A stretch of DNA of 64,000 bases, from NCBI GenBank assembly GCA_016432645.1, contig CP066698.1, positions 709,062 through 773,061 on the forward strand, read 5' to 3'. A model generated the notes under the pieces. That model worked only from the letters and a program-made list of their open reading frames with translations. It did not search any database and had not been told where the DNA came from. This DNA comes from Candidatus Falkowbacteria bacterium. GTDB taxonomy: Bacteria; Patescibacteriota; Patescibacteriia; Patescibacteriales; UBA12465. A program made the translations under genes and the position numbers. Below are positions 38,817 to 47,690 of the stretch, piece by piece (the first letter of the stretch is position 1; each line of letters opens with the position of its first letter).

Positions 38817-38819
38817 CTT

Positions 38820-39758
38820 ATGACTTGGTTACCGGTAGCGCTGGGCGCGTATCTATTTTTAGCAATCGCTAATTTATTGGACAAGTTTTTAGTTGATAAC
38901 GTTTTAAAGAACAGCAAAGCTTATGCTTTTGTAGCTTGTACTTTAGGCGCGATTGTTATTGTGATTGCTCCCTGGGCTTTAAAATGGCCGGGAATTTTTT
39001 TATTTTTCTTTAATCTATTTTCGGGAGCTATTTTTGCAATTGCCCTCTGGTTTCTTTATGAAGCCTTAAGAAGAGGGGAGGCGGCTAGAATTTTAGTTTT
39101 TATCGGCGGATTAACTCCGATTTTTTCTATCGGTTTTTCAATAGTATTTTTTAAGGAAACCTATTCTCTTAACCAGTGGCTGGGAATGTTTTTTCTGTTG
39201 TTAGGAGTTTTAGTAATTGCCTTTCTGCCACAAAGCCGAAGCTTTTTAACTAGAGTAATGAAAAAGTTGAAATTAGGAGTTAATATTCACAGCGGCGGTC
39301 TGCTTTTCGCTCTATTATCAGCATTAGCCTATTCCAGCTATTTTATCGCGACTAAGTATGCTTATGCCAGCCAGCCATTTTTGAGTGCTTTTGTTTGGAA
39401 TCGCATCGGCGCCGCACTTTTTGTGATGTTATTTTTGTTAAATGGCCGCGACCGACAGGCAATCCGTGATTTATTTAGAAAATCAAGTCCTAATAAAAAT
39501 AAAAATTTGGTTGTCTTTAACCAGGTTTTGGGGGCTTCGGGATTTATTCTGCAAAACTATGCCATCTTTTTAGGTTCAGTAGCGATTGTTAATGCGCTTC
39601 AAGGAGTTCAATATGCTTTTTTATTGGTTATCAGTGCTGTTTTAGCGGCATTAGCGCCTCGGCTATTAAAAGAAACTTTTTCTTGGCGAATTCTTTTGCA
39701 TAAGTTTGCGGCCGTGTTTATTATCGCTCTCGGTTTATATTTTTTAACGGTTGCTTAA
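38820..39758 (+). CDS. EamA/DMT-superfamily transporter
   Basis: 312 aa with about 10 TM helices in two repeated halves. Confidence 0.5.
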   Translation: MTWLPVALGAYLFLAIANLLDKFLVDNVLKNSKAYAFVACTLGAIVIVIAPWALKWPGIFLFFFNLFSGAIFAIALWFLYEALRRGEAARILVFIGGLTPIFSIGFSIVFFKETYSLNQWLGMFFLLLGVLVIAFLPQSRSFLTRVMKKLKLGVNIHSGGLLFALLSALAYSSYFIATKYAYASQPFLSAFVWNRIGAALFVMLFLLNGRDRQAIRDLFRKSSPNKNKNLVVFNQVLGASGFILQNYAIFLGSVAIVNALQGVQYAFLLVISAVLAALAPRLLKETFSWRILLHKFAAVFIIALGLYFLTVA

Positions 39759-39777
39759 TTAATTCCAATTTATAAAT

Positions 39778-40875
39778 ATGATTAACCCTCCTGTTAATAA
39801 AATTTCTGTTAATAAATCTTCCGTTAATAATTCTTCAAAGAACGTAACGCGGAAGCGAAAATTTAAATCTATGTTTTGGTTTATCGGTTTAGGGATTTTT
39901 TTACTATTTTTAATTTATATTTTTAAACTGGCTAATTATTATCCAAAAAATATTGAGCTTCAAGCCGACCCGAGTTTATTTGGAACGACTTTTTCCACTA
40001 AATTTTCTCGGGAATTAGGGCTTGATTGGCAAGAAGTTTATTTGGCAACCGTTGATGATTTGGGAGCTAAACAAATTCGCATTCCGGTGTATTGGGATGA
40101 AATTGAAAAAGAAGAGGGCATTTTTGATTTTACTGATTACGATTATATTTTAGCTGAAGGCGGCAAGCGTGACGTTAAATTTATTATGAGCATCGGCCGC
40201 CGTATTCCGCGTTGGCCGGAATGCCACGCACCTGCTTGGATAAATTTAAAGAGCGATATCGGTGCTCGCGTGGCTACCCTAAAAATGATTAAAGAAGTTG
40301 TTAATCGTTACAAAGATAACCCTAATATTGAATATTGGCAGGTAGAGAATGAGGCTTTTTTAGGGACTTTCGGCGTCTGCCCATCTTTTGATTCCGGGTT
40401 TTTAGAGCAGGAAGTAGGAATTGTCCGCTCGCTAGATAGCCGGAAAATTATTGTGACTGCTTCCGGAGAATTAGGAACCTGGAGTCGAGAGGCCAAAATC
40501 GGCGATATTTTTGGCAGCACTTTATACCGCACGGTTTATAATAGCTGGTTTGGTTTTTTGAAATATCCTTTTCCCACATCTTACTATACTTGGAAGGCTA
40601 AGTTGGCAGGAATAAAGCCGGAAAATTTTATGGTTGCTGAGCTTCAAACCGAGCCCTGGGTGGCGCAAGGTAATATGACGCAGCTTACCGAAAAACAAAT
40701 AAAAAGATCGATGAGCATCGATCAATTCAAGGCCAATATTCAATATGCTATTAATTTAAAGCCGGAACGAATTTATTTCTGGGGTTCGGAATGGTGGTAT
40801 TTCCAAAAGAAATTTGGCAATCCGGAATATTGGCGTATTGCTTCTGAATTATTTAAGCCAAGCGTTAAAAATTAA
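39778..40875 (+). CDS. membrane-anchored clan GH-A (TIM-barrel) glycoside hydrolase-like protein
   Basis: N-terminal TM. ..IRIPVYWDEIEKEEGIFDF.. and ..YWQVENEAF.. (the NE acid/base motif typical of GH5/GH42-type enzymes). Confidence 0.5.
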   Translation: MINPPVNKISVNKSSVNNSSKNVTRKRKFKSMFWFIGLGIFLLFLIYIFKLANYYPKNIELQADPSLFGTTFSTKFSRELGLDWQEVYLATVDDLGAKQIRIPVYWDEIEKEEGIFDFTDYDYILAEGGKRDVKFIMSIGRRIPRWPECHAPAWINLKSDIGARVATLKMIKEVVNRYKDNPNIEYWQVENEAFLGTFGVCPSFDSGFLEQEVGIVRSLDSRKIIVTASGELGTWSREAKIGDIFGSTLYRTVYNSWFGFLKYPFPTSYYTWKAKLAGIKPENFMVAELQTEPWVAQGNMTQLTEKQIKRSMSIDQFKANIQYAINLKPERIYFWGSEWWYFQKKFGNPEYWRIASELFKPSVKN

Positions 40876-41969
40876 ATTCGTTTAGCCTCCTTGCCCTCTA
40901 AAATATTAATTATTTTTTCATCATAATCATCAACCCATTTTTTAAAAGCCTGTAAGGCTGCCAAATGATGGGTTTTTGTTTGCTTATCGGCTATCAAGGA
41001 AATATCAAAATGCTTAGCGCTGATAGCAATCCCGGCGCGCTTGGCATCAGCCGCATTACTTTTTTGCTCAAAATGGTTTTGGGCCGGAATCATTAAAATA
41101 TTTTTTTGCAGGTAAGCCGCTTCACAAACAGAATCAAAGCCGCCAGTAGTTACATAGGAAGAGCAGCTGCTTAGGCGTTCAATAAATTTCTGGCCGTTTA
41201 AATAATGGAAAGTTAGATTGTTCCCGAAATGAGTTTCGGCTTGTTCATGCTTATCCCAAAAAGCCTCGACTTGATAATCAGGATGCTTTTGGCTCCAAGC
41301 AATTATCTCTTCCGAATAACCAGATACCAATATATATGCCAAAATAAAATTTTGATTGCTGCTGCTGCTGTTTTTAATCGCCTCGCGGATTAGAGGCGGG
41401 CAGACAAAAAGATTTTTCCGCGGCAAATCAAGTTCCTCGGTGAATGATAGGGCAATTTTAGTGGCTCGCGAGCCGGCGGTCAAATAGTTATATAATCTAA
41501 AGAATATTTTATTTAAAAAATTTATTTCCGGATTTTTAAAAGCAGGATGATTGATGAAAAACTGATGCCCCAGGCAGAACATCGGCCGCTTATCTTTAAA
41601 GACGTGATAGTAGTTGCCAGCTAGCGGTTCATAAAAATTAACTATAGCATCTGGCTGTAAATCATTGATAATTTTCTTTACTTTTTTAATCGCCGATAGA
41701 TAAATCGGCAGGCGATAAATTGTATAAAAAAAACTGGCTACAATCCTGATGCCTTTGCCGTTTTTGCGGATTAAAAACTTAGGGCTTTCTAAATCAAAAA
41801 AAGGACAAGTAAATTGTTCCGTAAAGAAAGCTGGCAGTTTTTTACGTTTGTCGGAGCCGACTACTAGTCCGACGATACTATGGCCACTTTTTTCTAGGCG
41901 CTCTTTAAGCGTTATGGCCTGGGTCATGTGTCCGCGACCGTCAGTCTGGACAAAGAAGAGATATTTCAT
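40872..41969 (-). CDS. MurG-like GT-B glycosyltransferase (Glyco_trans_1_3 / GT28 C-terminal type)
   Basis: MKYLFFVQTDGRGHMTQAI.. starts at 41969; the tracked N-terminal extension is a translated tRNA gene. C-terminal ..TTGGFDSVCEAAYLQKNILMIP..FEQKSNA.. Confidence 0.55.
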   Translation of the reverse strand: MKYLFFVQTDGRGHMTQAITLKERLEKSGHSIVGLVVGSDKRKKLPAFFTEQFTCPFFDLESPKFLIRKNGKGIRIVASFFYTIYRLPIYLSAIKKVKKIINDLQPDAIVNFYEPLAGNYYHVFKDKRPMFCLGHQFFINHPAFKNPEINFLNKIFFRLYNYLTAGSRATKIALSFTEELDLPRKNLFVCPPLIREAIKNSSSSNQNFILAYILVSGYSEEIIAWSQKHPDYQVEAFWDKHEQAETHFGNNLTFHYLNGQKFIERLSSCSSYVTTGGFDSVCEAAYLQKNILMIPAQNHFEQKSNAADAKRAGIAISAKHFDISLIADKQTKTHHLAALQAFKKWVDDYDEKIINILEGKEAKRI

Positions 41970-41977
41970 ATTAAGTG

Positions 41978-42049
41978 AGCGGGTAAGGGGAATCGAACCC
42001 CTATCCTCAGCTTGGAAGGCTGATATAAAAGCCATTATACGATACCCGC
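41978..42049 (-). tRNA. tRNA-Gly (anticodon UCC)
   Basis: Acceptor GCGGGTA/TACCCGC, anticodon stem TCAGC/GCTGA, loop CT-TCC-AA, T-arm AGGGG-TTCGATT-CCCCT, discriminator U. Confidence 0.85.
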
Positions 42050-42123
42050 CGGACATGCTCAGAGAGCACGCTTCTTATCTTATAAAAAAATCATTTTAAA
42101 GTCAATTCAGTCTTTATTAAGGC

Positions 42124-43305
42124 TTATTTAGTATCTTTAATGGTGCCTATATAATAAAAACCAGGAATCATGATGACCGCAAATATTAAGAAAAGATAAT
42201 TAAGCGGCAGGAAGAGTAAGAATAGTAAAGCCGTGGCGGCTCCGATTATATATCCCAGAGGACCGGTTATGCGGAAAAGATTGATAAAGCCAACATCGCT
42301 CGCGTTAACATTTTTGAAGAAATAAGTATCGCGCATCGATTCTAGTAAAGCGGCGCCGATGCGGCTCATAAATAGCGCGGCCGCCCAAACCCAAAGAACG
42401 GCGCTTTCAATGAAGAAGAATAAAATTAAGGAAATTAGGATGATAAATAAACCAATAGACATAATTTCCTTTTCGCCGAAGTATTTATCCGCCAAATATC
42501 CTGCCGGAATTTCAAAGAGGGCAAAGGGCAAGAGCATAACGGCAAACATCCAGCCTAAATCACTCCAAGGAATACCCAAATTCTGATTTAAATAAAGAGG
42601 CATATAGAGAACGGCGCCGCTGTAAAATAATTGCAATAAAGTAGCAACAATAAAAATACCTTTTAAGTTAGAATCAGCCCATAATTTTTTGACGCTCTTC
42701 CAGATTTTTTCCGGCTTATATTTTTTGCTGATTTTTAAATCCCTTTTTTTAATCAGTAAAATAAAGAAGACCGGAATAGTTAGGGCCGCGGATATTAGAA
42801 AGGGCAAGGAGTAATTGCCAATTTTAACCAGATAGACAGAGAAGATCGGCACCAATATCCAGCCGATATTGGTTAGGGTTAAATATAAAGTCCGGATTCT
42901 TCCAGTTTTGCTATCCGCTGAGGCGGTTTCTAAAAGAATATCCATATTTATCCAAAGCAGATAGGAGGTGATGATAAATAATAAGAATAAAATTATAAGC
43001 AGAATCGGATTATTGATAGTCGCCAAGCCTAATAAGACAAGGCCATGGAGGCCGATACTCAGTTTCGCGCTGTTGTAGTTGCTTAAGCGTTTAATAACTT
43101 GCGGGAAGAAGCCGATGGCAACCGCGCTGATAATATTGGCGATAACAAAAAACAAACTTACTAATTCTAAGTTTATATATTGAGATAAAAAGCTCGATTG
43201 GATATAAGCTGGCAGAGCGCTGGATACTGCTAAAATAAACCCCAGCGTATAAGTTATATTACGGCGCGTGCGCTTGCTTTTATTTTTGAGATTTAACGAA
43301 AACAT
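42124..43305 (-). CDS. MFS-type transporter
   Basis: 393 aa with about 12 TM helices and a central cytoplasmic loop (..KKRDLKISKKYKPEK..). Confidence 0.6.
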   Translation of the reverse strand: MFSLNLKNKSKRTRRNITYTLGFILAVSSALPAYIQSSFLSQYINLELVSLFFVIANIISAVAIGFFPQVIKRLSNYNSAKLSIGLHGLVLLGLATINNPILLIILFLLFIITSYLLWINMDILLETASADSKTGRIRTLYLTLTNIGWILVPIFSVYLVKIGNYSLPFLISAALTIPVFFILLIKKRDLKISKKYKPEKIWKSVKKLWADSNLKGIFIVATLLQLFYSGAVLYMPLYLNQNLGIPWSDLGWMFAVMLLPFALFEIPAGYLADKYFGEKEIMSIGLFIILISLILFFFIESAVLWVWAAALFMSRIGAALLESMRDTYFFKNVNASDVGFINLFRITGPLGYIIGAATALLFLLFLPLNYLFLIFAVIMIPGFYYIGTIKDTK

Positions 43306-44107
43306 GATTTTTAATAATTAATAATAGGAAGCTGCTGATAATTATAGCGAGACTCATAACTTGCGGGAAGCGGAGTCCTAAAAAAAGCGGCGCGTAATCA
43401 AGACGGATAAATTCTAACAGGAAACGAAGCAAGGAATATAATATCAAATAAATAGTCGTCAGCCAAATATAGAAATTTAAATTTAATTTTTGTTTTTTGC
43501 CAAAGCGAATTGTTAATAAATAGAGAGTTGCAAAAATTAATAGCGAGCCCAAGCTTTCATATAAAAATGTCGGTTGGAAATGCTGGAAGCTTATATAATC
43601 CGCCGGTCGGTTTAAAACGGCGATTGGAATTCCCCAGGGCAGATTAGTTGGTAGGCCGAAAATTTCTTGGTTAAAATAATTTCCCCAGCGTCCGATGGCC
43701 TGGCCTAAAGCCAGTCCGGGAACAAAGAGCGCGGTGATTTTAAAAAAGTTTATTTTTTTAGCGCGCGCCCAGACGAAAATAACTATTAATCCGGCAATGA
43801 TTGAGCCGTGGATAGCCATGCCGCCCTTCCAGACTTGTAAAATCTGCCAGGGGTGAAGCCGGTAATAAGGAATTTGCAACAAGACATCATAAAGGCGTGC
43901 CCCAACCACACCGGCAACAATTAACCAGAAAGCTAAATCAAATATATCGTTAGCCGTAATTTGATAATATTTTTTCCCCAGATGGAAACTAATTAGCATG
44001 GCCGCTATTATTCCCAGAACGATAAAAAGCCCATACCAGTGAAGAGTGAGCGGCCCCCAATTGAAAATAATCGGTTGTGGCAAAAAAGTATGAAGCCAAT
44101 TTAGCAT
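43280..44107 (-). CDS. lgt: prolipoprotein diacylglyceryl transferase
   Basis: 275 aa. ..WYGLFIVLGI.. and the Lgt signature ..GRWGNYFNQEIFG.. Confidence 0.9.
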   Translation of the reverse strand: MLNWLHTFLPQPIIFNWGPLTLHWYGLFIVLGIIAAMLISFHLGKKYYQITANDIFDLAFWLIVAGVVGARLYDVLLQIPYYRLHPWQILQVWKGGMAIHGSIIAGLIVIFVWARAKKINFFKITALFVPGLALGQAIGRWGNYFNQEIFGLPTNLPWGIPIAVLNRPADYISFQHFQPTFLYESLGSLLIFATLYLLTIRFGKKQKLNLNFYIWLTTIYLILYSLLRFLLEFIRLDYAPLFLGLRFPQVMSLAIIISSFLLLIIKNHVFVKSQK

Positions 44108-44140
44108 ACCTTCAGTTTATCAATTTTAGACTTACTTGGC

Positions 44141-44176
44141 AAAAAAAACAGCATCCTTGAGAATGCTGTTTTTTTG
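44141..44176. terminator. hairpin terminator downstream of tRNA-Leu (minus strand)
   Basis: A-run, stem ACAGCAT (44148-44154)/ATGCTGT (44163-44169), then a T-run. Confidence 0.7.
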
Positions 44177-44193
44177 AATTTTGTTTTATTCCT

Positions 44194-44278
44194 TGGTGCG
44201 GACGGAGAGACTCGAACTCTCACGGGTTGCCCCGCTAGCTCCTAAGGCTAGTGCGTCTACCAGTTTCGCCACGTCCGC
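44194..44278 (-). tRNA. tRNA-Leu (anticodon UAG), long variable arm, CCA encoded
   Basis: Acceptor GCGGACG/CGTCCGC, anticodon stem CTAGC/GCTAG, loop CT-TAG-GA, variable arm CGGGGCAACCCGT, T-arm GAGAG-TTCGAGT-CTCTC. Confidence 0.85.
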
Positions 44279-44368
44279 CTGGTTTTATCTTAAATGATTA
44301 TTTTTATAAAGTAAAGTTTGTGTTATAATAAGGTTATAAAAAATAAAAAATATTAAACCCTTTGTTTT

Positions 44369-46780
44369 ATGGTTAAGAATAAATTTGTTAAATTTTTTAG
44401 CGAAGTTTCTATTAAAGACGTCCCCCAGGTTGGCGGTAAAAACGCTTCTCTGGGAGAAATGTATGGCACTTTAACTAAGAAAGGGCTACGCGTTCCTAAC
44501 GGCTATGCCACTACGGCTGACGCTTATCGCTATTTTCTTGATTCCGCCGACTTAAAGAATAAAATAAAAAAAATTCTTAAAGGTTTAGATACTCATAATG
44601 TTAAGGATTTGATGAAGCGGGGTGAGGAGATTAGAAAATTAATCATTGCTACTCCTTTCCCTAAAGATTTAGAGGCCGAAATTGTTGGTGCTTATAAAGA
44701 ACTGTCCTCTCATTATAAATCCCAAAAAACAGATGTAGCTGTCCGTTCTAGCGCTACGGCTGAAGATTTGCCGGATGCCTCTTTCGCCGGCCAGCAAGAA
44801 ACATATTTGAACGTCAGCGGCGCTAGTGATTTGCTATTGGCTGTTAAAAAATGTATTGCTTCTTTATTTACCAATCGGGCTATTTCTTACCGAGTGGATA
44901 AGAAGTTTGATCATTTTTCGATTGCGCTTTCGGTCGGCGTCCAAAAAATGGTGCGCTCCGACCTCGGCTCTTCCGGCGTAATGTTCACCATCGATACCGA
45001 ATCTGGTTTTAAAAATGCTGTTTTGATAAATTCCATTTTTGGCTTAGGCGAGAACATTGTCCAGGGACACGTTACCCCGGATGAATTCTATGTCTTTAAA
45101 CCGACTAAAGCGATTATTTCTAGAAGTATCGGCCAGAAGGCTAAGCGCATGGTCTATGATTTGAAGGGTAAAAATCCAGTTAAAAATATTCCGGTTTCCG
45201 AAGCGGAGCGGCTACAACAATCTATTTCCGATAAACAAGTTTTGCAATTAGCCGAATGGGGCATGATTATTGAAGAACATTATGGTCGCCCGATGGATAT
45301 TGAATGGGCTCTAGATGGCCGGACACAAGAAATGTTTATCATTCAGGCTCGTCCTGAGACGGTTCAGAGCGTTCATAGTAAAAATGTGATTGAGCGATAT
45401 AGCTTGGAGAAAAAGGGAAAAGTAATTGTTTCCGGGCAAAGCGTCGGCAATAAAATTGGTGCGGGTATTGCTAATCGGATGATGAGTATTAAGGATATTG
45501 CTAAATTTAAGCCCGGGCAAGTATTGGTGACCGACATGACCGACCCAGACTGGGAGCCGATTATGAAAATTGCTTCGGCGATTGTTACCGATAAGGGCGG
45601 TCGTACCTGCCATGCGGCGATAGTTTCTCGGGAATTAGGAATCCCCTGTGTCGTTGGAACTAAAAATTGTTCTACGAAGATTAAAAATGGACAAAAGATA
45701 ACTGTCAGCTGCGCGGAAGGAGAAACAGGGTTTGTTTATGAGGGGGTATTACCGTTTAAAAATCAACAGATTGATGTTAAGGATTTGAAGAAGCCAAAAA
45801 CGAAGATTATGATGAACGTCGGCGAGCCGGATAAAGCTTTCCTTAACTCTATGCTGCCTAATGATGGTGTCGGCTTAGCACGTCTTGAATTTATTATTAA
45901 TAACTATATTAAAATCCACCCGCTGGCTCTTATTAATTATAGCCGTTTAAAAGATAAGGCGGTTAAGAATGAAATTGATAAGTTAACCATTGGCTATACT
46001 GATAAAAAGCAATTCTTTATTGATCGTTTAGCTCAGGGAATGGCGATGATTGCAGCGGCTTATTATCCGAAAGATGTTATTTTTCGCCTTAGTGATTTCA
46101 AAAGCAATGAATATGCTAATTTAATCGGCGGCCAAGAATATGAACCGCTTGAATCAAATCCGATGATTGGTTTTAGAGGCGCTAGCCGCTATTATTCTAA
46201 GATTTTTTTGCCGGCCTTTAAGCTGGAATGCCAAGCTATCAAAATTGTTCGTGAGAAAATGAAACTTAATAACTTGAAAGTTATGGTTCCGTTCTGTCGG
46301 ACAATTGAGGAAGGAAGAAGGGTCTTGGAAATTATGGCTGAGAATGGCTTGAAGAGGGGTCAAAATGGTTTGGAAGTTTATATGATGGCGGAAATCCCGG
46401 CCAATATAATTTTAGCTGATAAATTTTGCCATATTTTTGACGGCTTCTCTATCGGCTCTAATGATTTGACTCAACTGACCCTGGGAATAGATCGTGATGC
46501 CGGCGGTTCTTTAGAGGTGTTAGGGATGTCGAATGAGAAAAATGAAGCAGTGAAGATTTTAATTAAAAATTTAATTGCCATTGCCAAAAAAAATAAACGC
46601 AAAGTTGGCATTTGCGGTCAGGGGCCAAGCGATTTTCCTGATTTTGCCGAGTTCCTGGTTGAGCAGGGCATTAATAGTCTGTCTTTGAATCCTGATTCTG
46701 TGGTACCGACGACCGTGGCAATTTATAAGAAAGAACAGTATTTAAGAAAGAAAAGAGGATTTCTCAGTCTATTTTTCTAA
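44369..46780 (+). CDS. ppsA: phosphoenolpyruvate synthase (pyruvate, water dikinase)
   Basis: 803 aa. N-terminal ATP-grasp (..VGGKNASLGEM..), swivel His (GGRTCHAAIVSRELGIPCVVG) and a C-terminal PEP/pyruvate TIM barrel (..GSNDLTQLTLG..). Confidence 0.9.
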   Translation: MVKNKFVKFFSEVSIKDVPQVGGKNASLGEMYGTLTKKGLRVPNGYATTADAYRYFLDSADLKNKIKKILKGLDTHNVKDLMKRGEEIRKLIIATPFPKDLEAEIVGAYKELSSHYKSQKTDVAVRSSATAEDLPDASFAGQQETYLNVSGASDLLLAVKKCIASLFTNRAISYRVDKKFDHFSIALSVGVQKMVRSDLGSSGVMFTIDTESGFKNAVLINSIFGLGENIVQGHVTPDEFYVFKPTKAIISRSIGQKAKRMVYDLKGKNPVKNIPVSEAERLQQSISDKQVLQLAEWGMIIEEHYGRPMDIEWALDGRTQEMFIIQARPETVQSVHSKNVIERYSLEKKGKVIVSGQSVGNKIGAGIANRMMSIKDIAKFKPGQVLVTDMTDPDWEPIMKIASAIVTDKGGRTCHAAIVSRELGIPCVVGTKNCSTKIKNGQKITVSCAEGETGFVYEGVLPFKNQQIDVKDLKKPKTKIMMNVGEPDKAFLNSMLPNDGVGLARLEFIINNYIKIHPLALINYSRLKDKAVKNEIDKLTIGYTDKKQFFIDRLAQGMAMIAAAYYPKDVIFRLSDFKSNEYANLIGGQEYEPLESNPMIGFRGASRYYSKIFLPAFKLECQAIKIVREKMKLNNLKVMVPFCRTIEEGRRVLEIMAENGLKRGQNGLEVYMMAEIPANIILADKFCHIFDGFSIGSNDLTQLTLGIDRDAGGSLEVLGMSNEKNEAVKILIKNLIAIAKKNKRKVGICGQGPSDFPDFAEFLVEQGINSLSLNPDSVVPTTVAIYKKEQYLRKKRGFLSLFF

Positions 46781-46792
46781 ATAAAAATTAAC

Positions 46793-46827
46793 AAAAAAGC
46801 ATTCCATTTTAAGGGAGTGCTTTTTTG
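46793..46827. terminator. bidirectional terminator between convergent genes
   Basis: A-run, stem GCATTCC (46799-46805)/GGGAGTGC (46813-46820), then a T-run. Confidence 0.65.
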
Positions 46828-46848
46828 TTATCTCAATTTAAAAATTAT

Positions 46849-47466
46849 TTATTTTAGGACTTCAATCTTGGCGGTTTTAATTCCAAACTTAATGGCATCG
46901 CTGCGGTTGTTCATCCAGATGTCTACCCGATCAGCGTGTCTTTTGTTCATTCTGTCGCGAACAACAAAGACTCGGTCGCCGAATAATTCAGGAATTCGGA
47001 CTTTGGTGCCAAATTTTAAGAAGTTGGCGGCAATAGTATCTTCTTCCCCATGTTCGCAGACATTAAAGCCATTAGCGGTAATACAGGGGGAGTTATCGGT
47101 TTGTCCTGGTTCGGAGTTATAGGCGGTCATTACGTGCGTACTAGTGCTGACCACGATATATTCAACCGTTGTGGAGGCCTGAGAGACCTCAGTCTTAGTA
47201 ATGATTTTTTCGGCTGGAGTTAACTCAGTATCAGTTAAAATGGGGACATTAGCCGGAATAACCCCGTCTTTTACCATTATTTCATTGGCAATCAGTAAAT
47301 CATCATCATTAGAGCTCGCCTTGGCTGTCTTAACTGAGTCTGCCGCTAAAGCAGGGGCGTAAAAGAGGACAAATTGGAAAACACAGGCGATAATTATTAG
47401 AACAATTACCCCCTGTTTTCTACTGAGAGGCACAATTTCCTCCCTGATAGTTTGGATTAATTTCAT
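46849..47466 (-). CDS. secreted 3D-domain protein (MltA/RlpA-like double-psi beta-barrel; putative wall-acting enzyme)
   Basis: 205 aa with an N-terminal TM/signal. ..TAYNSEPGQTDNSPCITANG.. and ..VVRDRMNKRHADRVDIWM.. (the three conserved Asp of the 3D domain). Confidence 0.7.
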   Translation of the reverse strand: MKLIQTIREEIVPLSRKQGVIVLIIIACVFQFVLFYAPALAADSVKTAKASSNDDDLLIANEIMVKDGVIPANVPILTDTELTPAEKIITKTEVSQASTTVEYIVVSTSTHVMTAYNSEPGQTDNSPCITANGFNVCEHGEEDTIAANFLKFGTKVRIPELFGDRVFVVRDRMNKRHADRVDIWMNNRSDAIKFGIKTAKIEVLK

Positions 47467-47489
47467 ATTATTTAATATTAGCCAAATAA

Positions 47490-47536
47490 AAAATCCCTAG
47501 CATATCATAGAGTGATTATGATCAAGCTGGGATTTT
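47490..47536 (-). promoter_or_regulatory. terminator-like hairpin inside the 5' leader of the 3D-domain gene
   Basis: The minus strand reads AAAATCCC-AGC..GCT-A-GGGATTTT followed by TTATTT. It ends 23 nt before the ATG at 47466, and no gene lies upstream on that strand. Confidence 0.3.
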
Positions 47537-47618
47537 CTTGACTGAATACCTTATCATAGGAGGTCAAAAAAGTCAATAGTCGCCTGGGGATTAACCCTTA
47601 ATAAGTTTTTTGGCAGTC

Positions 47619-47646
47619 TTGACTCTTTTGTGTTTCCCCGTATAAT
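47619..47646 (+). promoter_or_regulatory. promoter of the NhaD-like transporter gene
   Basis: TTGACT (47619-47624), 16-nt spacer, TATAAT (47641-47646). Confidence 0.55.
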
Positions 47647-47690
47647 TTTTAGCAGTTAATTTTAATAAAAATTTTAATATAAATATAATT

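Noticed and set aside
41970-42056. N-terminal extensions of tracked ORFs: 40872..42056 here, and likewise 21280..22788 and 19277..20023
   Set aside because: The extensions overlap tRNA-Gly, tRNA-Pro and the der 3' end respectively. Conserved protein N-termini begin at internal ATGs (41969, 22740, 19822).
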